The notes beneath the pieces were generated by a model. It was not told the origin of the DNA. It searched no databases and was given only the letters and a program-made list of their open reading frames with translations. The position numbers and the translations under genes are program-made. From Verrucomicrobiota bacterium (lineage in GTDB: Bacteria; Verrucomicrobiota; Verrucomicrobiia; Opitutales; Cerasicoccaceae), in NCBI GenBank assembly GCA_039818205.1, contig JBCBUK010000001.1:448001-512000 (forward strand): a DNA stretch of 64,000 nt, read 5' to 3'. Of this stretch, positions 1-9,792 are shown one piece after another. Every line of letters begins with the position of its first letter. Within the stretch, counting starts at the first letter, position 1.

Positions 1-1
1 A

Positions 2-457
2 CAAGCGGGCCTGTTCCAACATAGCGTCCGCAATCCATGGCGCCTAGCCGAGACCCTTGATCAACTCGCCGGCCTGGTGGGTGAAGAACGCATGGGCTCA
101 CCGCGGCCCATCAATACTCATCGGCCAGACAGCTTTACTCTCTCGTCGTTGCCAACGGAGTTTAGCGAAGTCGATGAAGCGACATTCGTATTACCAAGAA
201 TTGGCCCAAACCTCCGCCGCTGCCGCCCTGCCCCCAAGGCACAGGTCCAACTCCATGCCCGGGGCCCGGCGGCGATTCGATCGAGCATTGTCACCGGCGA
301 AATCCAGGCACGCAAGGGGCCCTTCTGCATCAATGGCGACTGGTGGACAGCGATGCCCTGGCAACTCGAAGAATGGGACGTTGAAGTGGCCGATAAAGGA
401 CTGTTTCGCATTGCAAGAAAGGGTCGAGCCTGGCTGGTCATCGGCGCGTATGATTAA
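2..457 (+). CDS. imuB: ImuB-like (inactive Y-family polymerase) C-terminal part; 5'-truncated by window edge
   Basis: Frame open from base 2 (QAGLFQ..LAETLDQLAGLVGEERMGSP..THRPD..GPFCINGDWW..EWDVE..GAYD), typical of the ImuB C-terminus; ends 6 bp before dnaE2. Confidence 0.8.
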   Translation, partial: QAGLFQHSVRNPWRLAETLDQLAGLVGEERMGSPRPINTHRPDSFTLSSLPTEFSEVDEATFVLPRIGPNLRRCRPAPKAQVQLHARGPAAIRSSIVTGEIQARKGPFCINGDWWTAMPWQLEEWDVEVADKGLFRIARKGRAWLVIGAYD

Positions 458-463
458 GCAGCC

Positions 464-3400
464 ATGACATACGTTGAGTTACACGGGCGCAGTGCTTTTC
501 ATTTTCTGCGCGGGGCGGTACAGCCCAAGGTTTTGGCAGCCGCCATGGCAGATGCTGACATAGCGGCTGGCGCTTGCGTAGATGCCAATGGTGTTTATGG
601 CTCGCCCGCTTTCGAGTTCGCCTGTGCTGACTTAGGAATCGCTGGCATTGTCGGCTCAGAGTTAACAATTGCCCGAGAGGCTCACCATACCTGGATGGCA
701 GGACCTTTTCTGGGTCGGCTCCCCCTTTTGGTTGAAAGCTGCGCTGGCTACCAAAACCTTTGTCAGCTGATCACCCAGATGCATCTGCGTTGGTCCAAGT
801 CGAAGCGAACCAATGATCCCAATGATGAGTTTTCCGCCCCATCATTGGCGCTCCAGGAGATCGATGCGTATAAGGATGGCTTAATCGCTTTGACGGGCGA
901 CGCCGATGGCCCGCTTGGCGTGGCATGGCGAGCGGGTGGCACTTCGGCCGTTAAACAAGCCATGTTGGAATTGCTCAAAGTCTTTCCTCGAAACCAAATC
1001 TACGTGGAAATCCAACGTCACCGTCGACGCGATGAAGATGTCTACAATCGAATGCTCTGCGAGCTTGCCGAGCAACATCGCTTGAAGGTCCTGGCCACGA
1101 ATGGCCCTGCTTATGCAACACCAACTGGGCGGCAAGCATTGGACGTCTTTACCTGTCTTCGCTATCACACCACCATTGAGCAAGCGGGTCGCTTGTTGGA
1201 GTCCAACGCAGAGCGACATGTAAAGGGCGACTCTGAGATGCGCATACTCTTTGCCGACTTACCACAAGCCATTGATGAATCAGGACGATTGGCTGAGCGT
1301 TTGCAGTTTCGTCTTCGCGACCTAGGCTACGCGTTTCCCCTATTCCCTGTCCCAGCTGGAGAATCATTGGACAGCTTTCTGAAAAAGATGGCACTTTTTG
1401 GTGCGCAAAGTCGTTACGGATGCATCACGCGCCGCATTCGCCAGCAGATGGAGCACGAACTTGCCATCATCAAGAAATTGGGCTTTGCCGGCTACTTCCT
1501 GATCGTTTGGGACATCGTTAACTACTGTCGGGAGAATGGCATCTTGGCGCAAGGTCGCGGCAGCGCCGCCAACAGTGTCATTTGCTATGCCTTAGGCATT
1601 ACCGCAGTGGACCCCATCCAAAGAGAACTACTATTCGAACGCTTCCTGAGCGAAGAACGTCAAGGCTGGCCAGATATCGACATTGATCTTCCTAGCGGTG
1701 ACCTGCGCGAATCCGTGATTCAAGAGGTGTATCGGCGCTATGGCCAGCATGGTGCCGCGATGACGGCTAACGTGATCTGCTATCGTGGGCGTTCTGCAAT
1801 GCGAGAAATTGGCAAAGTATTAAGCCTTCCTCAAGACGTTGTTGATCGCTTCAACACGCTTTTTGCGCGTGGCGACTACAAACATACCTTGGGTGCCAAA
1901 GAACAACTGCGACAAGCTGGTATCGAAATCAATCATCCCCGTCACCAATCAGCCCTACGCGTTTACAACGAAATCATTGGGCTGCCGCGCCACTTAGGGC
2001 AACACAGTGGCGGCATGATCATCTGCAACAACCGTTTAAACCAAGTCGTTCCTTTAGAAAATGCCTCGATGCCTGGGCGCGTGGTGGCACAATGGGACAA
2101 GGATGCATGCGAGGACCTTGGGATCATCAAAATTGATCTACTAGGCCTGGGTATGATGGCGGTACTACAGGACTGCATTGAGCTCACGCATCAACGTGGC
2201 CACGGCATAGACCTTGCGCAGATTCCGCAGGATGATGCACCCACCTATGACTTACTTTGCCGTGCAGAAACTATGGGTGTTTTCCAAGTTGAGAGTCGCG
2301 CTCAGATGGCAACCTTGCCTCGGATGAAGCCGCGCAAATTCTATGACCTTGCCGTTGAGGTCGCGATCATTCGCCCTGGGCCCATTGCTGGTGAACTCGC
2401 TAATCCATATCTAAACCGACGTAATGGCTTGGAGCCGATTATTTATATCGATGAGCGTTTGGAACCCGTCTTAAAACGAACGCTCGGCATTCCACTGTTT
2501 CAAGAACAGGTGTTGAAAATGGCTATGGTGATGGCCGACTATACCCCTGGCGAATCCGAAGAGCTGCGGCGGGCCCTAGGCTTCACCCGCAATCAAGAAC
2601 GCATCGACCAGGCCAAAGCAACTTTTCGCGCAAAGCTCGAAGCGCGAAACCTGGAGCCTGAGAAAGTTGATTGGCTGGTGGACACCATTAGCAGCTTCGC
2701 CTTATATGGTTTTCCAGAAAGCCATGCGATCAGTTTTGCCCTGCTGGCGTATGCTTCAGCCTGGTTGAAAGTGCATCGGCCCGAGGAGTTCTATTGCTCG
2801 TTACTCAACAACCAGCCCATGGGCTTCTATTCACCAGCTTCCTTGGTTCAAGAGGCCAGACGCTTTGGGCTACGGTTTCTCCCTCCTGATGTCATGCACT
2901 CAGGCTGGAAATGCCTAATTGATGAATCAAGCCTCAGCGAGAACGGGAAAGCATCCATTCGATTGGGCCTGAACTTGGTTAAGGGGGTCAGCGCATCGGG
3001 AGTTGACCACCTCTTGAGCGAACGCAACCAACATACCTTCTCGTCGTTGGAGTCATTCCGATTAAGAAATCGATTCAACGTTGATGAGCTTCGCGCGCTG
3101 GCGGCCGCAGGCGCACTCAATGCCTTAGCTGGCTCACGCCGCCAAGCAATGTGGCGAATTGAAAGCCCTTTGGAAGACGATCTCTTTGGTCGATTCGAGG
3201 CGGCGCAAATGGATCAACGTGCCGTCGATACCAGTCCGCTGGAAGAAATGACTCAATGGGAAAGGATCTGTTATGACTTCGAAACGGTTGGCCTAACGGT
3301 CGGAGAACATCCAATGCAGAAACTGCGACCACGCATACGCACACGCTCAAAGATTTGGCGAGCGGCCGACTTACCTGATGCCAGAAACAACCAACGCCTC

Positions 3401-3670
3401 TCGGTTGCCGGAGCCGTCATTTGCCGACAACGGCCGGGCACGGCCAAAGGGGTCGTCTTCATTTCCTTGGAGGACGAAACGGGTATATCGAACTGCATCG
3501 TATGGCCAGGCATCTTTGAAAAACTCCGCTTAATGATTTCCGCCGAGCCTTACTTAATAATCACGGGGAAAATACAAAAGAGCCAAGGCACCATCCACAT
3601 CATCACTAGCAATATTCAACCAGTACCAATCGATGATGCTCCCGCGGGGGCGAGTCACGATTTTCATTAA
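464..3670 (+). CDS. dnaE2: Error-prone DNA polymerase III alpha (DnaE2/ImuC)
   Basis: YVELH PHP start, GRGSAANS, catalytic PDIDID, PRHLGQHSGG, YGFPESHA, NNQPMGFY, RQRPGTAKG, C-terminal SHDFH (DnaE2 SRDFH-type tail). Confidence 0.96.
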   Translation: MTYVELHGRSAFHFLRGAVQPKVLAAAMADADIAAGACVDANGVYGSPAFEFACADLGIAGIVGSELTIAREAHHTWMAGPFLGRLPLLVESCAGYQNLCQLITQMHLRWSKSKRTNDPNDEFSAPSLALQEIDAYKDGLIALTGDADGPLGVAWRAGGTSAVKQAMLELLKVFPRNQIYVEIQRHRRRDEDVYNRMLCELAEQHRLKVLATNGPAYATPTGRQALDVFTCLRYHTTIEQAGRLLESNAERHVKGDSEMRILFADLPQAIDESGRLAERLQFRLRDLGYAFPLFPVPAGESLDSFLKKMALFGAQSRYGCITRRIRQQMEHELAIIKKLGFAGYFLIVWDIVNYCRENGILAQGRGSAANSVICYALGITAVDPIQRELLFERFLSEERQGWPDIDIDLPSGDLRESVIQEVYRRYGQHGAAMTANVICYRGRSAMREIGKVLSLPQDVVDRFNTLFARGDYKHTLGAKEQLRQAGIEINHPRHQSALRVYNEIIGLPRHLGQHSGGMIICNNRLNQVVPLENASMPGRVVAQWDKDACEDLGIIKIDLLGLGMMAVLQDCIELTHQRGHGIDLAQIPQDDAPTYDLLCRAETMGVFQVESRAQMATLPRMKPRKFYDLAVEVAIIRPGPIAGELANPYLNRRNGLEPIIYIDERLEPVLKRTLGIPLFQEQVLKMAMVMADYTPGESEELRRALGFTRNQERIDQAKATFRAKLEARNLEPEKVDWLVDTISSFALYGFPESHAISFALLAYASAWLKVHRPEEFYCSLLNNQPMGFYSPASLVQEARRFGLRFLPPDVMHSGWKCLIDESSLSENGKASIRLGLNLVKGVSASGVDHLLSERNQHTFSSLESFRLRNRFNVDELRALAAAGALNALAGSRRQAMWRIESPLEDDLFGRFEAAQMDQRAVDTSPLEEMTQWERICYDFETVGLTVGEHPMQKLRPRIRTRSKIWRAADLPDARNNQRLSVAGAVICRQRPGTAKGVVFISLEDETGISNCIVWPGIFEKLRLMISAEPYLIITGKIQKSQGTIHIITSNIQPVPIDDAPAGASHDFH

Positions 3671-4250
3671 TCGTACAATTAGGAATCATCCTCGCCAGGC
3701 AAACCCATCCTTAGTGCTTAGCAACTGTAGTCAGTATGTGCATCTTCAACCATAGCTGATTTCAACAAGCAGAAACCAATGGCGACGTTTCATTACACCA
3801 TACAACTAGACTTTACACGAACAATACAAGTCATCACCTGACATGCTATATCAAGCGCGGGCCACCTTTAAAAATATTACCATAAAATACATGAACCTCA
3901 GGTAAGATCTCAGCGATCCCTGTTTTTCTTTTGTTACTCTAAACTGATAATTAGACGTCTCTTTTCGATATAGAAAAGAAGATATGACAAACGCATATCA
4001 GGTTGCTCTATCGTTTATTGAGTCAACTTTATGCCTAAAATAAAGCTAACGGCCTTCACTTTTTTCTTGAGTTAACGAGCATTTGCTTTTTCCTGCGATC
4101 ACACCCCTCTCATACTGTCTCCTAGTTACACCTCTCCCAATTCAAGCACATTTGAATCAAGTGTCTTGGGTGGCGGTATGCGTACTCTATATCGTATAAA
4201 GGACATTCGCCTTGTCCTTAACGTCAACCCCCTACGCATAATCATATCCC

Positions 4251-6692
4251 ATGAGTAAAATGCTGTCTCTACGAATGCGAGCACCGGGCATCGCCTGCGC
4301 TCTTTTTGTCCTAGCTTCGGCTGGGCTGGGCTTTTCCGATGCCCAAGCTCAGGCCGATACTGTCTCCTGTAGTTCCCTCCCAACTACAATCCCCCCACTC
4401 ACATCATACACGGTAGAATTACCCTATACCGCCAGCCAATCCCGCGACGTGGTCGTCGAGCTCTGGGGAGCCACCTGGCTCAACACAGTGAAGCAAACCG
4501 TTCAAGCTGGCAGTGGAACTGCAACGATAACAATCCCCCTATCGATTGCTCCTGCAGAAGGTTCGAACTACCTCTGGAAGGCTAGCATCCGCCCCGTCGG
4601 TGCCGACTGGACTCAAAATATTGTCCTTTGCGATGTCCCCAATGTCACCGTCGCCAACTTGACTGACGCGGTCGATTGCAGCTTGCTGCCAACCAACCTG
4701 GAACCGCAAACCTCCTATACGGTATCTGTGCCATATACCGCAAGTGGGCCACGTGACGTGATCGTTGAATTCTGGGGCGACACCTGGCTCAACGCCGTAA
4801 AGCAAACCGTTCAAGCAGGCACCGGCACGGCTGCCATCACCATCCCTCTATCGGCCGCTCCTCCCGAGGGAACCAACTACCTCTGGAAGGCGAGTATTCG
4901 CCCGGTTGGCACAGATTGGACTCAAAACACCAATGCCTGCAGCACTGAGAACGTAATTATTGCATCACCAACACCTACCGAGGATCTTGTCAGTTGCTCC
5001 GAGCTTCCCGGCAATCTCGAGCCACAGACCAGCTACACTTTTTCGGTGCCCTACACCGCCAGCCAATCCCGTGACATCGTCGTCGAACTTTGGGGTAACA
5101 CCTGGTTGGCCAATGGAACGACCACCGTTCAAGCTGGCGAAGGAACGGCAAGCGTTACCGTCAACTTGTCCCAGGCACCTGCCGCAGGATCGAACTATGA
5201 ATTAAAAACTGCAATCCGCCCAGTTGGCACTAACTGGACACAGAACCTCAACGTCTGTAACCGTGCGGATATCGTGGTGGCACCAAGCACACCAACCACG
5301 GACACCGTCAGCTGCGCAAGCCTGCCCAGCAGTCTCCAGTCACAAACGTCTTACACGGTATCGGTGCCCTATACTGCCAGCCAGTCTCGCGACATTGTCA
5401 TTGAGTTTTGGAACGACAATTGGCTCGGAGCTCAAACCACCACTGTCTCGGCAGGCGAAGGAACGGCATCGGTTACCGTAAATCTCGCGGACGCTCCAGG
5501 CAACGGAACCAACTACCTGTGGAAAGCCAGCATCCGCCCTCTCGGCACGGACTGGACCCAAAACCTAAACGCTTGCAGCCTGCCTAACGTAGCCGTCAGC
5601 GGAGCCAGTAACCTGCCTCTAGGTGCCTATATTGAGCAAGGCGGAATCGTGATCATCGATCCCGAGAACGGCGATCTGGGATCAAGCTGGGTCGCACGCC
5701 CCACGAACTTCCCGGGCGACCCCAGTATGGCTGGCAGCCTTGGAAATGGCTGGCTCGAGTGGACCGGCGCCCAGTTCTTCGGCAACACCAAAACCGAAAG
5801 TGAAGTCACCGGTATCTTGACTTACACGTTCGTCATCGAAACCGAAGGCGAGTATCATTTCCGCTGGCGGACCAAGCAGTATAATGTTGGAACCTTTGAC
5901 GCAGGAAATGATAGCTATGTCAGCTTCAATTCGGGAACACCAGTTGCCGGCTTCCAGGACTTTAGCCTATTCACTAAAGCTTGGGTGCAAAGCAAAGCTA
6001 GCTGGTCCTGGCGGACAACATTTGAGCCGCACCATGGCGAGCACTATGCGGACAACCTGATTCGCCGTTACTATACTCCAGGCGTCCACACAATTCAGAT
6101 CGCCGCGCGCTCACCAGGCCACTCGATTGACCGCATCGCGATCTTCCGCACATCGATTCCGTTCAACGCAAGCAACTTCGAGAATGCTCCTGAATCCGAC
6201 CGCGTCGGCTCTAGCGTGGCTCTGGCAAGTTTCGGCGCACCACAAACGGTTGCTATCAATCCAAGCGATGACGCCTACCTACAAGGCAGCTCGGCATTCA
6301 ACAACAACCAACTACGAGTCGCAGCAAGCAGCCCAACCGCTTACCTCAAATTCAATGTCACTGGCGTGAGTGGTAACGTAACCGGATCGAAACTAGTCTT
6401 GAACGTGTCGGACGACGCCGGCAGCGGAACGATTCGGGTTCACGAAGGAACGAGCAACAACTGGAGCGAGTCCAATCTGACAAGCGTTAACGCGCCAGCA
6501 AACGGAGCCGAACTCGGAAGCGTTACTGGATCCTTCAGCGTCGGCAGCACGATCGAAATTGACCTAGGCAATGCCCTTTCAAACGGCGTTACCTCGCTGA
6601 TCGTATCCATGGATGGCGGCGGCAACAACGTTTGGCTTTCGTCAAAGGAAGGAACGGTCGATCCAGTATTGGAAGTGACTTACCAGCCCTAG
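4251..6692 (+). CDS. Secreted multi-module putative carbohydrate-binding protein (4 tandem ~103-aa beta-sandwich repeats + CBM-like domain + DNRLRE/CBM96-like C-terminal domain)
   Basis: Signal peptide ending AQA; four repeats; C-terminal DDAYL..AYLKF..NNWSESNLT; no recognisable catalytic domain. Confidence 0.75.
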   Translation: MSKMLSLRMRAPGIACALFVLASAGLGFSDAQAQADTVSCSSLPTTIPPLTSYTVELPYTASQSRDVVVELWGATWLNTVKQTVQAGSGTATITIPLSIAPAEGSNYLWKASIRPVGADWTQNIVLCDVPNVTVANLTDAVDCSLLPTNLEPQTSYTVSVPYTASGPRDVIVEFWGDTWLNAVKQTVQAGTGTAAITIPLSAAPPEGTNYLWKASIRPVGTDWTQNTNACSTENVIIASPTPTEDLVSCSELPGNLEPQTSYTFSVPYTASQSRDIVVELWGNTWLANGTTTVQAGEGTASVTVNLSQAPAAGSNYELKTAIRPVGTNWTQNLNVCNRADIVVAPSTPTTDTVSCASLPSSLQSQTSYTVSVPYTASQSRDIVIEFWNDNWLGAQTTTVSAGEGTASVTVNLADAPGNGTNYLWKASIRPLGTDWTQNLNACSLPNVAVSGASNLPLGAYIEQGGIVIIDPENGDLGSSWVARPTNFPGDPSMAGSLGNGWLEWTGAQFFGNTKTESEVTGILTYTFVIETEGEYHFRWRTKQYNVGTFDAGNDSYVSFNSGTPVAGFQDFSLFTKAWVQSKASWSWRTTFEPHHGEHYADNLIRRYYTPGVHTIQIAARSPGHSIDRIAIFRTSIPFNASNFENAPESDRVGSSVALASFGAPQTVAINPSDDAYLQGSSAFNNNQLRVAASSPTAYLKFNVTGVSGNVTGSKLVLNVSDDAGSGTIRVHEGTSNNWSESNLTSVNAPANGAELGSVTGSFSVGSTIEIDLGNALSNGVTSLIVSMDGGGNNVWLSSKEGTVDPVLEVTYQP
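4356..5598 (+). repeat. Four intragenic coding repeats (~309-318 bp period)
   Basis: Units start at 4356, 4665, 4983, 5301; consensus DxVxCxxLP..TSYTVxVPYTASQSRDxVxE(L/F)W..WL..TVxAGxGTA..P..GxNYxWKASIRPxGxDWTQN..C. Confidence 0.95.
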
Positions 6693-6718
6693 ACAACTAC
6701 ACCCAACGAAAATCAATG

Positions 6719-6751
6719 CAGGCGCTCCGGAAATCCCGGGCGCCTGTTTTT
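6719..6751 (+). terminator. Rho-independent terminator
   Basis: CAGGCGC..CCGG-loop-CGG GCGCCTG hairpin followed by TTTTT, 26 bp after the stop at 6692. Confidence 0.8.
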
Positions 6752-6861
6752 GTTGCCTAATGATCACCTGAAGTTCGGGGCGTTCGGCCTGCCAGTTCGC
6801 ATTTTCGCGTAAAACAGTCACCAAGTTTTGCTTCCGCTCTAACATTGACTATATCTGCCCT

Positions 6862-7125
6862 ATGGGTCGAAAACGACAACCATCAAACGATAACCAGCAG
6901 CGAGATATCATCGGAATGGCCTGGTCGGACCGCATTTCCTTTGAAGAAATTGAAAAGGACACCGGGTTAACTGAAGCTGAAGTAATCAGGCTAATGCGCC
7001 GCTCACTCAAACGGCGCAGTTTTCAAGTATGGCGCGCTCGTGTATCGGGTCGCTTGACCAAACACCGTCGGCTGCTCAAGCAGTTTCTCCGAACTCGGAG
7101 CAATCCAGACTACCCTGAGAGGTAG
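6862..7125 (+). CDS. TIGR03643 (DUF2805) family small protein
   Basis: IIGMAWSDRISFEEI..GLTEAEVIRLMRRSLKRRSFQVWRARVSGRLTKH matches the family pattern. Confidence 0.85.
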   Translation: MGRKRQPSNDNQQRDIIGMAWSDRISFEEIEKDTGLTEAEVIRLMRRSLKRRSFQVWRARVSGRLTKHRRLLKQFLRTRSNPDYPER

Positions 7126-7153
7126 CACTGCAAGTGCCCCAATAAGCGATTAA

Positions 7154-7206
7154 TTGAAAAGCGCAGTCAGGCCGAAGGCTTACTCCGGGACCCGACTGCG
7201 CTTCAA
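7154..7206 (-). terminator. Terminator hairpin between convergent genes
   Basis: AAGCGCAGTC (7159-7168) pairs with GACTGCGCTT (7194-7203); T-run follows on the minus strand. Confidence 0.6.
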
Positions 7207-7233
7207 TGTTGGGTTGGGTGAAAACTGATTGAG

Positions 7234-9156
7234 CTAGGAGTCGCCTAAGGCCCAACTGACAACGGCATCGAACAGTGTGATTCCATCCTCAGTGATCTTA
7301 GTTGTACCTTCATTGCCAAAGACACCAAAGAATGCCCTTCTCGCCGTCGCGACACCTCCGGCCTCGGAAACAACCAGAACGTCGAGCCCGCCAGGTAACT
7401 CAACGAGAAGCGTCGCATCTGCGGGCGTTGACGCGTAGTGGTGCTGTTCGTTCGCAGTGAGAACCGTTACATCACCGAACAAACCGCCGACAGCTGGATG
7501 CGCCTCGACGACACTAACCGTCAATGATTGCTGAAAACTATTCGCATTCCCTGCGACACCGTCCTCGAGGCCGAACTCGTCGGAAAGCGCTTGCTCGACC
7601 ACGATCACGGGAACATCGGTAGCCGCGAGGCTACTGCCAACGGCGCTCATATTTCCGCCAAAGACCGTCGACGAAATAAAGATGAGATCCGTATCAGCAA
7701 GTTCGGGCTGGATTGTCGCCAGCGGCGTATCGTGGTGGAAGAGAACCACGTCCATACCAAACTGACTCGCTAGTCTCGTGCGGATCCACTTATCACCATC
7801 ACCGATCTGATCCTCACTGGTAAAGACATTGGTAAACAGGAGCGCTTTACGGGCATTGGCCGCCTCGGTGAAGAACGACCAACTGGCAACCGCCGTTCCA
7901 TATTCAAACTCAACGGTCACATTACTTCCGGGCGCAAATGATTGCGAATCAGATGAGATCACGGTCTCGTCGCCATCAACCGTCTCGGTGGTGGAAACAA
8001 CTACATCGTTTATCCGCATAACATAGCTACCCGATGGATTCCTCAACCGGACTGAAACGGTTGAACTCGTCGCCACGCCCGTATCACCAGAACCCGGAGT
8101 AACCTTCGTAATATAAGGGCGAGTTGCGACGGTAAGCTCCTGATACACTGGGTTCTCCACGGCTCCCGTCGCTGCCTCGACGATGAAAAACCGACGAGCC
8201 CCCGTGGAAATCGTGCGGGTTTGGGGATTAGATTGATCGAGCGAATCCGTGAAGATCTCATTCAGATCATCATTCTCTTTCAACGTGCCGCCGCCCTGCC
8301 ACGATAGCGTATACTGGTTGCCCGTCGTCCCGATTGAGAGGTCAGGAATCGAAACAATGGGTGCATTGATCAATTGAGGTTGGCCATCCTTGACTTGATA
8401 CAATTCCAAGACCGTATCGCCGTCCCACTTCGAAATCAGGACTCTCATAGAATAGAGCCCGCCAACCGCAGCGTCGACTGTTACGGTTCTTTCAGCAACA
8501 GGACCATTCGTTCCAAACGTAATCGCAGGTGAACGGAAGATATCGCGAGCATCGTTTGGGTGGAACGCGATTTCCATACCATCTTCATGACGAATGCCTA
8601 TGATGTTCTCGCCAGCGTCTAGTTCAATGAAGCCAAGAAACTCAGCCGATACATTCTTACCGTTGGTGTAGAGATTACCACCAGCCACGCTTGCGCCCGG
8701 AAGTCCCGGAAATGCCTTATCGGGATTTCCATTGCTCGAATCGAAGTTTCCTTCGCTTCCTCGCGAACCATCGGCGAGCGAATGGAAATTGAGCGGGCCA
8801 TCGACTACGAAGGACCCATCTGGGTTCAAGGGGATATCTCCCAGCCAGATACTGCCAACATCGGGATTGTCCGTATTGACCGCCGTATTTTCATATGGCA
8901 GGTCGGTTAGCGGATCGTTAATCAGATCTAAAAGGTGTGCATTAGCAGTTGAGATGGTAGGCAGGATATTCGTATCTTGCCGGGCTTGTCGGAGGCTTCC
9001 GAGAAAACCAGGGGTTGAAACGTCAGCAGAATCAAGCGGGTAACTCCAATCGGCAGGTAAATCAAATGTTTCCTGTGCGTATGAGGTGATGGCCAGTGAT
9101 GGCAGAATAACCAGAGCGGTTAGTCGGGATAGTAAGGGGGTGTGTAGATTTTTCAT
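7234..9156 (-). CDS. Secreted modular protein (PA14-like + Ig-like + GATase-like-fold domains), function unknown
   Basis: Signal peptide (..AITSYA); PA14-like segment EFLGFIEL..GIRHEDG..GLYSMRV; Ig-like PYITKVTPGSGDTGV; C-terminal alpha/beta domain ending LFDAVVSWAL. Confidence 0.6.
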   Translation of the reverse strand: MKNLHTPLLSRLTALVILPSLAITSYAQETFDLPADWSYPLDSADVSTPGFLGSLRQARQDTNILPTISTANAHLLDLINDPLTDLPYENTAVNTDNPDVGSIWLGDIPLNPDGSFVVDGPLNFHSLADGSRGSEGNFDSSNGNPDKAFPGLPGASVAGGNLYTNGKNVSAEFLGFIELDAGENIIGIRHEDGMEIAFHPNDARDIFRSPAITFGTNGPVAERTVTVDAAVGGLYSMRVLISKWDGDTVLELYQVKDGQPQLINAPIVSIPDLSIGTTGNQYTLSWQGGGTLKENDDLNEIFTDSLDQSNPQTRTISTGARRFFIVEAATGAVENPVYQELTVATRPYITKVTPGSGDTGVATSSTVSVRLRNPSGSYVMRINDVVVSTTETVDGDETVISSDSQSFAPGSNVTVEFEYGTAVASWSFFTEAANARKALLFTNVFTSEDQIGDGDKWIRTRLASQFGMDVVLFHHDTPLATIQPELADTDLIFISSTVFGGNMSAVGSSLAATDVPVIVVEQALSDEFGLEDGVAGNANSFQQSLTVSVVEAHPAVGGLFGDVTVLTANEQHHYASTPADATLLVELPGGLDVLVVSEAGGVATARRAFFGVFGNEGTTKITEDGITLFDAVVSWALGDS

Positions 9157-9792
9157 CTATGGTAACTATTTCCTTGGTCGTAGATAGATTAGGCGAAAAT
9201 AAATCAAATCAACTGATTAATGCCGTATTTATAATATTACCAATCAACCAAGCAGTTCACGGGAGTACCCGCCCAGCGAAAGTATTCGCAGGAAAACGAG
9301 AAACCCCGAAAGGACGGAAACAGAGTTCCCGCACAATTGTGACAACTACAGACAAGCGCCGGGGCAGGCGCTCAATTTACAAGGCATTCGATTAATTAGG
9401 GATTCAAAAACAACGGGCGTTAGACACCTTCAGGTTGTAGGCTGCACCAGTGGAGGTCAAGCCGGATTCCCTACCTTGTTGTTAGAGTGGCGCCCCAAGA
9501 TGCCACGACCCGTTTCGGATCAATCTCGCACATTTCCAAGGCCAGAAAAACGGAGATCGCTGCTACAGATACCGCTATATCCAAAAGATAGCCAAAGAGA
9601 CCGCTCTTTTCGATTTCCAGAGCGTTGAAATCTGTAATGCTCCTCCTTACTCGAAATACTTACTCTGTTGAGCCAAAATTGACTGAACCCCGATGATCAA
9701 ACAATTCTTTCCGTACTCGTCCCGTTGATCGAATTCAGAGTTTTCAATGGTCAAACGTCTTTGCCGGGAGACAGATATTAGGAATAAGCCAA

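Noticed and set aside
4356..5598. Repeats as a possible CRISPR array or DGR template
   Set aside because: ~310-bp in-frame coding repeats with synonymous divergence; no spacers, cas or reverse transcriptase genes.
9157..9792. Possible ncRNA or ECF-motif copies in the 636-bp divergent gap
   Set aside because: No recognisable RNA; the TGTCY sites checked lacked the -10 element at 16 nt.
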